Virus genome (UHGV): UHGV-0139758
From: a virus
Length of the DNA: 38,533 nucleotides
Reading direction: 5' to 3' (one strand)
Position 1 is the first letter of the stretch. Every line of letters starts with the position of its first letter. The notes beneath the pieces were generated by a model that saw only the letters and a program-made list of their open reading frames with translations, ran no database searches and was not told where the DNA came from. Position numbers and translations under genes: made by a program. Positions 24,944-32,568 of the stretch are shown piece by piece.

Positions 24944-24982
24944 CCCCGAAAGTTGGTAAACTAACGCCGACAACAAGCGGGG
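24931..24982 (+). other. Putative -1 programmed ribosomal frameshift cassette at the capsid 3' end
   Basis: The heptamer C CCA AAA is in the correct zero-frame register (gcC|CCA|AAA). A 6-nt spacer separates it from the stem CCCCG (24944-48) ... CGGGG (24978-82). The -1 frame stays open for 24 codons (SVAPKVGKLTPTTSGVVIEMEEGA) to the TAG at 25009-11. Confidence 0.55.
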
Positions 24983-24999
24983 TTGTTATTGAAATGGAA

Positions 25000-25027
25000 G
25001 AAGGAGCTTAGTCTCCTTCTTTTTTTA
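25000..25027 (+). terminator. Strong intrinsic terminator after the capsid gene
   Basis: GAAGGAG-cttagt-CTCCTTC perfect 7-bp stem followed by T8. Confidence 0.8.
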
Positions 25028-25040
25028 GGAGGAATCTAAG

Positions 25041-25445
25041 ATGTCCTATATTGATTTTGAAGAGTTTAAAGAGCTTACAGGCGCCGCAGATGAATATAAA
25101 GATAACTTTGACAAATATTTAGTAAAAGCCACCGCAGCGATTGATAACGTAACGAATTACTTTTATCAGTTCAATGATATAATGAAAGATTCTAGGCAAT
25201 TTAGAGTGAAACAGTTTAAACTCGCTCTGTGTGCGCAAATAATGTATTTTGTCGATGTTGGTGCGGATACGTATGAAAGTATCAACAATGCCCCTCAAAG
25301 CTTTTCAGCAGGCCGTACGAGTATTTCTAATGCCAGTCGCTACAATCCTTCTGGAAATAACGAAAGTAAGTCGTTAACTGCCGAAGACGTTTATTTGTAT
25401 CTGGAAGGTACAGGTTTGTTATATCGAGGTGTTTCGTCATGCTAA
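25041..25445 (+). CDS. Head-tail connector / DNA-packaging protein (gp6-like)
   Basis: 134 aa with an AGGAGG RBS; first gene after the capsid terminator. Confidence 0.55.
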   Translation: MSYIDFEEFKELTGAADEYKDNFDKYLVKATAAIDNVTNYFYQFNDIMKDSRQFRVKQFKLALCAQIMYFVDVGADTYESINNAPQSFSAGRTSISNASRYNPSGNNESKSLTAEDVYLYLEGTGLLYRGVSSC

Positions 25446-25783
25446 TGCCAAAGCCACCCAAAAAATTCTTAGTTGATTCCTTTGAGTATAAAGAGTACTT
25501 AGGGGAGGGCGATTGGAACAAGCCAGTATACAAGGAACCAATTCTTATTGAATATTGCCGAATTGACAGAGGAAGCCAATATACTTTTTCATCAAGTGGC
25601 AAACAGTTGCTTTATAACGGATTAATTTTCTGTTATCACGGATTGACTACGCCTTTTCCTGAATTCAAAGAACAATCATTGATTATTTACGATGGGAAAG
25701 AACACGTAATCACTAAAATTGATACTGTCATAGAAGCCTATCAAGCAGCCACCGTTTACTCTTATGAGATTGAGGTAGTCTAA
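25439..25783 (+). CDS. Head closure / head-tail adaptor protein
   Basis: 114 aa, overlapping its neighbours in the connector series. Confidence 0.5.
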   Translation: MLMPKPPKKFLVDSFEYKEYLGEGDWNKPVYKEPILIEYCRIDRGSQYTFSSSGKQLLYNGLIFCYHGLTTPFPEFKEQSLIIYDGKEHVITKIDTVIEAYQAATVYSYEIEVV

Positions 25784-26109
25784 TGGGGGTTAAGGTAAAT
25801 TTAAGCGGTGTAAGAACCAAAGTAAGCTCTGATGCAATGAGACGAGGTAGATATGCATTAGGTAATCAAGCGATGGCAGATATGAACCAATTTGTACCAC
25901 GAAAGAATAATATTTTAAGGCAAAGCGTTCATTTATCAAGCAATGGTGAAAAGATTATTTACGACACGAAATACGCGAAACGTCAATTTTATTTGAACGG
26001 GAAAAAATATACCACACCAGGTACTGGGCCAAGATGGGATTTAAAAGCAAAAGGCGCTTATCTAAATGCGTGGAAACGGGCTTTTCTGAAAGGAGCAGGT
26101 ATTAAGTAA
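25783..26109 (+). CDS. Tail component (HK97 gp10-like)
   Basis: 108 aa, ATGA-coupled to the upstream gene. Confidence 0.5.
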   Translation: MGVKVNLSGVRTKVSSDAMRRGRYALGNQAMADMNQFVPRKNNILRQSVHLSSNGEKIIYDTKYAKRQFYLNGKKYTTPGTGPRWDLKAKGAYLNAWKRAFLKGAGIK

Positions 26110-26507
26110 TGGATTTTCTTGATTGTTTAAATGAAAAGATAAATCAGATTCCTAATTTGCCGTTAAATATTCGGAAAGGATACCTTTCAGCGCTAGAAAG
26201 CTTAGTGATTTACCCATTACCGGGCGGTAAGGTAGAAACCGAATATTATGACGGAATCAAAGACGAGTTGTTAAACTATGAAATTGCCATGAAATCAAAA
26301 GACGGTGCTAAGATAGAGCGGACATTATGGCTACTATCGGATGTTTTAGAAAACATTGAAGAACTACCAAGTAAAGATAGCTCTTTCGAGTATAACAATT
26401 TAACAATAACGAACAGACCTTTCATCAATGAAGCAGATGAACAAGGTTGGTTCGTTTTTTTATTAGATTTTCAAGCAAAATTAACCACATTCAAGGGGGA
26501 AAAATAA
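26109..26507 (+). CDS. Tail completion / neck protein
   Basis: 132 aa, overlapping the major tail protein start (taATG). Confidence 0.5.
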   Translation: MDFLDCLNEKINQIPNLPLNIRKGYLSALESLVIYPLPGGKVETEYYDGIKDELLNYEIAMKSKDGAKIERTLWLLSDVLENIEELPSKDSSFEYNNLTITNRPFINEADEQGWFVFLLDFQAKLTTFKGEK

Positions 26508-26986
26508 TGTTATTAAAAATGGATATCCAAATGTTTGCACGTGAAAAAAATGCGAAACGTGAACACTATATCGCTGAATATACACCAGGGAAAGAAACAG
26601 CTCCTACAGAAGATACGGAATGGTTACGACTAGCTAAATATATCTCTACCATTGGTGACGATTCAGACGAAGAAACAGACGACACAGGTTTTTATGACGG
26701 TGATGGTACACCTGAAACAACGGTGGTATCAGTATCTGGTACGTATACACCAGAAGGCATGTACGATGCAGAAGACCCAGCACAACAATTAATTGCAAGT
26801 AAAAAATACAAATTAGGTGACGGCCGTAAAATCTGGCATAAAGTCGTACAAACCAATGGTGATGTTTATATTGGACGTGCAACAGTTACAGGCATTAAGG
26901 CAGGTTCTGGCGATGCGACAGCATACGAAGAATTCGGCTGCTCAATTAAATTTGACACGTTGCCAGAAATCAGCCCAAAAGCGTAG
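26507..26986 (+). CDS. Major tail protein (0-frame product); a -1 frameshift variant would extend to 27054
   Basis: 159 aa. ATG at 26507 with a GGGGGA RBS. The heptamer C_CCA_AAA lies at 26974-26980, two codons before the stop, mirroring the capsid gene. Confidence 0.7.
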   Translation: MLLKMDIQMFAREKNAKREHYIAEYTPGKETAPTEDTEWLRLAKYISTIGDDSDEETDDTGFYDGDGTPETTVVSVSGTYTPEGMYDAEDPAQQLIASKKYKLGDGRKIWHKVVQTNGDVYIGRATVTGIKAGSGDATAYEEFGCSIKFDTLPEISPKA

Positions 26987-27025
26987 CCCCAGTAGTCGAC
27001 AAAATAACGCCGACTACAACTGGGG
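26974..27025 (+). other. Putative -1 programmed ribosomal frameshift cassette at the major tail protein 3' end
   Basis: agC|CCA|AAA heptamer, a 6-nt spacer, then a perfect stem CCCCAG (26987-92) / CTGGGG (27020-25). The -1 frame encodes SVAPVVDKITPTTTGVIIDMKEGI to the TAA at 27052-54. The cassette is about 75% identical at the nucleotide level to the capsid cassette. Confidence 0.55.
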
Positions 27026-27055
27026 TCATCATAGATATGAAAGAAGGAATCTAAC

Positions 27056-27508
27056 ATGGCGAGAGAATATATCGTTTATAAAGGTGAGGAAGTCGTTGTT
27101 CCGGCTAGTCCAAGCCCTTTAGAAATTATAGGCATTGAGCCCAATACGGATGTTCCAGCAGGAACGTACCAAGTAGGGTTTGTAGACGGTGGAGAGAAAG
27201 TAGATGTACCGGCATTTAAGACGTTACCGATTGCTGTAACTGGCTTAGAGTTTTCTCCTAAAACATCAACAGCAGATGCGGGTACTGCAGGTAGCCGACA
27301 AATCACAGCAACTGTCTTGCCTGAAAATGCAACCAACAAAAAAGCAACCTATGAGATTACGCCTGAAACAGAAGGTCTTGCTGTCTCTGAAACAGGAAAT
27401 ATTACTTGGACAGAAGCGGTACCGGCTGGTGTTTATACCACAACAGGAACAACAGAGGATGGTAAAAAAACAGCTCAACACACCTTAACATTGAATAATC
27501 AATCATAA
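27056..27508 (+). CDS. Ig-like (Big_2-type) domain protein
   Basis: ITATVLPENATNKKATYEITPETEGLAVSETGNITWTEAVPAGVYTTTG matches the bacterial Ig-like group 2 signature. It is a separate ORF with a GAAGGA RBS, 1 nt after the frameshift-extension stop. Confidence 0.65.
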   Translation: MAREYIVYKGEEVVVPASPSPLEIIGIEPNTDVPAGTYQVGFVDGGEKVDVPAFKTLPIAVTGLEFSPKTSTADAGTAGSRQITATVLPENATNKKATYEITPETEGLAVSETGNITWTEAVPAGVYTTTGTTEDGKKTAQHTLTLNNQS

Positions 27509-27517
27509 ATACGAAAA

Positions 27518-27550
27518 TAAAGGGCAGCTATTTGGCTGTCCTTTTCTTAT
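27518..27550 (+). terminator. Intrinsic terminator after the Ig-like gene
   Basis: AAAGGGCAGC-tatttg-GCTGTCCTTT (one G-U pair) followed by TCTT. Confidence 0.5.
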
Positions 27551-27562
27551 GGAGGTAATTAA

Positions 27563-27970
27563 ATGAAAGCATTAGAAATTAACGTAAAACGCACAGGTTT
27601 CCCAGTCATTTTAGCAGGACATGAATTTTTCTTTGATAGTTCACCAGAACATTTAATCGAGGTACAAAAAAACTATGAAGCGTTTGAAAAAGAAGTAGAT
27701 TCGATTGAAGGACCCAATGAAGACGATGCAGATAGCTTGGACTTAGAGCCGTACAAAGAGTTGTTAGCAAAAGGGTATGACGTCATGTTAGGCGAAGGGA
27801 CATTCGATACGTTGTATGCGGATATTCCAGACATCAACGCATGGCTAAACGCTTTCTTTGATTTATACAACGGGATTGCCGATCAATTGGACGAATTCAA
27901 AGAGGAACAAACTAAAAATTCCCAACGCTTAAAACAGAAGTACTTGAAAAAAGTTAGTAAGAAAGGGTGA
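27563..27970 (+). CDS. Tail assembly chaperone (gpG-like)
   Basis: 135 aa, acidic. It sits between the major tail protein and the tape measure gene, where the G-type chaperone normally lies. Confidence 0.6.
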   Translation: MKALEINVKRTGFPVILAGHEFFFDSSPEHLIEVQKNYEAFEKEVDSIEGPNEDDADSLDLEPYKELLAKGYDVMLGEGTFDTLYADIPDINAWLNAFFDLYNGIADQLDEFKEEQTKNSQRLKQKYLKKVSKKG

Positions 27971-27975
27971 GCGCA

Positions 27976-28545
27976 ATGCGGTTAAACGATCCGCTGCCCT
28001 CTTTTTTTGAGTTTGAAGAGAAAGAGTATCCTCTAAATCTTGCTTTTGATCGTGTGTTGGATGTTTTCGACGTGCTGTCTGATGACGGGATGAATCTTCC
28101 AGACAAGGTAGAGACTTGTATAAAGATTTTAGTTGGTGATGTAGGACTAGATATTGTATCTCAATTTGAGATGTTCAGAGAACTATACGATACCTATCTC
28201 GTCTTTGGTAAAAAATCAGAAGTGGTAACCGATGAATTAGGAAATGTTATGCCGATGAAACCAGTCAGTAAAGATATGGACATTGTATTAGATGCAAAAT
28301 ACATTTATGCCTCTTTTCGACAAATAGGTATCAATTTATTTGAGGAACAGGGCCGTTTGTCTTGGGAAGAATTTCAAGTATTGCTAGAATCGTTGCCAGA
28401 TGACACACCTATTCAAAAAATTAAAAGTATCCGTAACTGGAAACCGCAAAAAGGAGAAAGTACTGAACACAAGGAACAAATGAGAGAACTTCAAAGGCGT
28501 TATGCATTACCAAATTACGTAAGGGAGGAGGAAGAAGATGGCTGA
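27976..28545 (+). CDS. Tail assembly chaperone (gpT-like); in the -1 frame relative to the gpG-like ORF
   Basis: This ORF opens at 27961, in the -1 frame relative to the upstream gene. ATG at 27976 with an AAGGG RBS. A G/GT-type fusion is possible, but no canonical slippery heptamer lies in the 9-nt overlap. Confidence 0.55.
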   Translation: MRLNDPLPSFFEFEEKEYPLNLAFDRVLDVFDVLSDDGMNLPDKVETCIKILVGDVGLDIVSQFEMFRELYDTYLVFGKKSEVVTDELGNVMPMKPVSKDMDIVLDAKYIYASFRQIGINLFEEQGRLSWEEFQVLLESLPDDTPIQKIKSIRNWKPQKGESTEHKEQMRELQRRYALPNYVREEEEDG

Positions 28546-31500
28546 TGGAAGTGTAGTAATTGATGTCGACGTGAATGGGAAGGACGTCACAGGGCTAAAT
28601 AATCAATTAGACCAATTGGAAGGCAAGTCCGCCAAAGCAAGTCGAGGCATTGGAGACATGGTCAAAGCGATGGGGCTCGTTAAGTTGGGCAGTGCAGCAT
28701 TTGATGTTTTAAAAGGCTCAATTGAAGGAGCAGTTACACGTTTTGACAAGTTGAACCAGTTTCCTAAAGTTTTAACAGCTATGGGAGCTAGTACAGATGA
28801 TGCTACCCGTGCAACGAATAAGTTGAAAGAAGGAATTGATGGGCTACCAACGAAATTGCAAGATGTGAGTGACACTACGCAACAAATGTATAGTGTTTTT
28901 AAAGATGCCGATTTAGCGGCTGACAGTACACTTGCTTTAAACAATGCTTTACTTGCTAGTGGTTCTAGTGGCGAAAAAGCACAACGTGGGACAGAGCAAT
29001 ACATGAAAATCTTACGTACGGGGAAAGTTGAACTTGATTCCTATACGACTTTACAAGAAACCATGGGTTTTGGCTTAGATAAGTTAGCAGAAAAATTTGG
29101 CTTTACAGGCAAATCTGCGCAACAAGATTTGTACAAAGCCTTACAAAGTGGTCAGGTTACCGTTGAACAGTTCAACCAAGGGTTAATTGATATTCAAGAT
29201 GGCTTAGGCGGAACAAAAGAAGTCGCTCGAAAAACTACAGAAGGGATAGCTACCTCTTTTTCAAACTTAAAAAACTCTATAACCAATGGAATGGCAAATG
29301 TGTTAACTAAATTTGATGAGATCGTAACGAAAGTTTCTGGAAAAAGTATTGCAGCTAATCTGAATAGCTTAAAAGGCATTGTAAATAATACATTTTCAGC
29401 GATTACAAAATCCATGGACGGCTTAATTCCTGTTATTGATTCAATAAAAAAAGCTTTTGCTGATAATCAATCAATAATAAAAATCTTTTCTGATACATTC
29501 GATCAAGCTTTTAAAATAATAGGATTTATTGTATATGACGTAATAAATATTCTTCAACGATTTTGGGGAGAGATATCGAAAAGTAGTGAAAGTTCAAGTT
29601 TAATTGATATCTTATCAAATGTGTTTACTACCTTGAAAGATGTTGTGTTAGATGTATTAGAAAATATTCAATACTTTTTTGATATTCTAGGTTCTGTTGA
29701 TGTTCCTGAAAAATTAGGAGCTGCATTTAATAATTTAAAAGATATTTTGTTCGATTCTGTTGAAGCAGTTTCCAATTTCTTTGGTAGTTTTAATCTAGGA
29801 GAAACAAGTACTTCTATTACTGAGACTTTGATAGATACTGTTCTATTGCTAGTAGATACTTTTTTTAAAGTAACCGAAAAAGCTAAAGATTTTATCAAAT
29901 GGATTGATAGCGGATCGACTGCATCAGATGTTTTTAAAGGGGTAATAGTGGCATTAGGTGTCGCTATATCTGGCGTTGTTCTGTATTACAAAGCCTGGCA
30001 AACATATATCAATCTAGTAGTTAAAGCTCAGAAAGCTTGGAACTTAATTACTAAAATTGGAACAGGAATACAAACGGCGTTTAATGCGGTTATGTCTGTT
30101 AATCCAATTTTTTTAATAGTAGGAGCCATTGCAGCATTAGTTGCTGGATTAGTTTATTGGATAACCAAAACTAAGTCTGGTCAAAAAGCATGGAAAGCCT
30201 TCACAGACTGGCTTGTAAAGGCTTGGGAAGGTATGGTCGATTTCTTCAAAGGAGTTTGGGAAGGAATAACAGATATTTTTGATTCTGCAGTTAAAACGGT
30301 TAAAGAGCTCTGGAAGGGTACTCTGGATTTTTTCAAAAAGCTAGGGGAAGATATAACGTCTATCTTTAAATCTAGTATAGAAACAGTGAAAGATTTATGG
30401 AGCGGTGTAACAGAATTTTTCCAAAGTTTATTAGATGGAATTGTTTCGGCATTTAATACGTCTGTTGAATTTTTGAAAGGTATTTGGCAGTCTGCAGTTG
30501 ATATATTTAACGCTATTTGGGAAACGATAGGGCCAACAGTGATGATTATTGTTGATGGCATTGTAGAACTCTGGAATAATTTCACAGAAACAATTACTGG
30601 TATATGGGAAGGAATTAAAACGACTGCGGAAGGCGTTTGGGAATTGATTAAATCTGTAATTATGGGCCCTATACTACTTTTGATTGATTTGATAACTGGT
30701 GATTGGGAACAATTAAAGGAAGACTTATCAATGATATGGGAAAGTATTAAAGAAGCCGGTAGTATGATCTGGGACGGCATACAACAGATAATTGGTTCAT
30801 ATGTTGAAGGCGTAGTCAATTTTGTAAAAACAGTTTGGGAAACTGGAAAAAACTTCTTAAGTGATATATGGGAAGGGATTAGCAATATAGCTTCTATTGT
30901 ATGGGATGCAATTACCAGTACAATTTCAAATTTGGCACAAAGTGCGCTTGATGGTGCTAAAAACGCATGGAGTGGAGCGAAACAGTGGGCATCCGATACT
31001 TGGGAAAGTGTTAAGCAAACTTCTGCCGAAACATGGGACGGAATAAAAACGACAGTATCAGAATCTGCAAAGAACGCTCTAGAATGGGCTAAAAGCGCAT
31101 GGAGTGGAGCGAAACAGTGGGCATTCGATACTTGGGAAGGTGTAAAACAAGCCACTGCAGAAAAATGGGAAAATACTAAATCAACAGTAGCCAATCTTGC
31201 AGATGCTACATTAAGAGGAATGGAAAGTGCTTGGAGTACAGCAAAAAGCATTGCATCAGATATATGGGAAGGTGTAAAAGAAACTGTAAAAGCTGCTATG
31301 GATTTTGATCTATTTGCGGCTGGTCGAGCAATTATGGAAAGTTTCACTGATGGGCTTAAACATGCATGGGAAGCGACGAAAGAGTTTGTCAGTGGTATTG
31401 GTGATTGGATACGAGAACATAAAGGGCCTATTAGTTACGATAGAAAACTTTTAATTCCAGCTGGTAAAGCGATTATGGGTGGTTTAAATGAAAGTTTACA

Positions 31501-31807
31501 AGCGAGTTTTAAATCTGTCCAAAAAACAATTAAGCCTATGGCTAATCAAATTGCGGATACACTTTCATTTGACAATGCTTTTTCAAATTTTAACTTTACT
31601 AGCCCCGAATTAGCATTAAACACTAATATGATGGGCGCTGCTAATTTAGGTAGCCAAATTGTAAACAATAGCAACCATGCAAAAACTTATAGTCCTACAA
31701 TCAATATAAACATTGAACATGCAGATCTTTCTAATGAAAAATCAATTGAAGAAACTTCTCAACAATTGGCAACACTCACAGAACGACAAACAAGGGGGCG
31801 GTTATAA
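28538..31807 (+). CDS. Tail tape measure protein
   Basis: 1089 aa. Helical N-terminus, hydrophobic segments, and Trp-containing tandem repeats (W..AK.WA.DTWE.VK). Confidence 0.9.
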   Translation: MADGSVVIDVDVNGKDVTGLNNQLDQLEGKSAKASRGIGDMVKAMGLVKLGSAAFDVLKGSIEGAVTRFDKLNQFPKVLTAMGASTDDATRATNKLKEGIDGLPTKLQDVSDTTQQMYSVFKDADLAADSTLALNNALLASGSSGEKAQRGTEQYMKILRTGKVELDSYTTLQETMGFGLDKLAEKFGFTGKSAQQDLYKALQSGQVTVEQFNQGLIDIQDGLGGTKEVARKTTEGIATSFSNLKNSITNGMANVLTKFDEIVTKVSGKSIAANLNSLKGIVNNTFSAITKSMDGLIPVIDSIKKAFADNQSIIKIFSDTFDQAFKIIGFIVYDVINILQRFWGEISKSSESSSLIDILSNVFTTLKDVVLDVLENIQYFFDILGSVDVPEKLGAAFNNLKDILFDSVEAVSNFFGSFNLGETSTSITETLIDTVLLLVDTFFKVTEKAKDFIKWIDSGSTASDVFKGVIVALGVAISGVVLYYKAWQTYINLVVKAQKAWNLITKIGTGIQTAFNAVMSVNPIFLIVGAIAALVAGLVYWITKTKSGQKAWKAFTDWLVKAWEGMVDFFKGVWEGITDIFDSAVKTVKELWKGTLDFFKKLGEDITSIFKSSIETVKDLWSGVTEFFQSLLDGIVSAFNTSVEFLKGIWQSAVDIFNAIWETIGPTVMIIVDGIVELWNNFTETITGIWEGIKTTAEGVWELIKSVIMGPILLLIDLITGDWEQLKEDLSMIWESIKEAGSMIWDGIQQIIGSYVEGVVNFVKTVWETGKNFLSDIWEGISNIASIVWDAITSTISNLAQSALDGAKNAWSGAKQWASDTWESVKQTSAETWDGIKTTVSESAKNALEWAKSAWSGAKQWAFDTWEGVKQATAEKWENTKSTVANLADATLRGMESAWSTAKSIASDIWEGVKETVKAAMDFDLFAAGRAIMESFTDGLKHAWEATKEFVSGIGDWIREHKGPISYDRKLLIPAGKAIMGGLNESLQASFKSVQKTIKPMANQIADTLSFDNAFSNFNFTSPELALNTNMMGAANLGSQIVNNSNHAKTYSPTININIEHADLSNEKSIEETSQQLATLTERQTRGRL
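30959..31157 (+). repeat. 132-bp-period tandem repeat inside the tape measure gene
   Basis: aaaacGCATGGAGTGGAGCGAAACAGTGGGCATcCGATACTTGGGAAaGTGT at about 30959 recurs at about 31091 with three mismatches. It encodes AWSGAKQWA(S/F)DTWE. Confidence 0.7.
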
Positions 31808-32568
31808 TGGATTTAACGAATTATCCATATTTTCAATTTAGAGGAAAAAAATCGAATGAATTCTCTATGCGAATAAGAAACGAAATGATGTTTACTATTC
31901 CAGAGGCCGCTCTGCAGTTTACAGAAATTGACGGAAGAAATTCCGATGTCATATACGATAAAGGAAAATATAACGACATTGAGAAAGTCTTTCCGGTAAG
32001 ACTTTATAAACAACCAGATACAACCATTGCTGCGCAGTTAAGGGATATAGCTGCGTGGCTTTATTTATCGAAAGATTATGCCCCACTTATTTTTAGTGAA
32101 TACAGCGAGTACTATTATAAAGCGCTAGGCTACAGCAAAGTAGATGCAGCAGACAAAACAAGAAGTTGGTTAGATGTTGATTTTGTTTTTAAGTGCCAGC
32201 CGTTCGTTTTTCGTCTTGATGGTGATGATGAAAGAGATATAAAAAGTGGAGGTGGTATTAGGAATCCAGAAGCTTTTTCTAGTCTGCCAATTATAACTTT
32301 CAATAAAACTAGTAGTACACAAGATAGTAATATTTATATTAATGGCCAACAATTCAGGATTGCAAAAGAAGCTGGAACAGGAAAAATTACGCTAGATTGC
32401 GAAGAAGGCATTGCTTATAAAGATGGTGGCCTTAATATCACAAAATATTGCTTTTTAAATACAGATGGTTATAACCCAATCACTCTGCCCCCAGGCGAAA
32501 GCATTATCAATTATACCTATATCACTGATTTTAAAATTAAGCCAAAATGGAGGACTTTAGCCGTATGA
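31807..32568 (+). CDS. Distal tail protein (Dit)
   Basis: 253 aa, immediately after the tape measure gene with an ATGA overlap. Confidence 0.65.
   Translation: MDLTNYPYFQFRGKKSNEFSMRIRNEMMFTIPEAALQFTEIDGRNSDVIYDKGKYNDIEKVFPVRLYKQPDTTIAAQLRDIAAWLYLSKDYAPLIFSEYSEYYYKALGYSKVDAADKTRSWLDVDFVFKCQPFVFRLDGDDERDIKSGGGIRNPEAFSSLPIITFNKTSSTQDSNIYINGQQFRIAKEAGTGKITLDCEEGIAYKDGGLNITKYCFLNTDGYNPITLPPGESIINYTYITDFKIKPKWRTLAV

Noticed and set aside
27041-27060. A second (+1) recoding event that fuses the 24-aa major-tail-protein extension to the Ig-like ORF
   Set aside because: There is no recognisable shifty site. The homologous capsid extension ends at the same relative position with nothing downstream, and the Ig-like ORF has its own RBS. 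A separate translation start is more parsimonious.
30181-31347. 388-aa ORF on the minus strand inside the tape measure gene
   Set aside because: It is antisense to an unambiguous tape measure gene. It has no RBS and a low-complexity Ser/Ala/Leu/Ile composition, the kind of open antisense frame that a repetitive, codon-biased sense gene produces.
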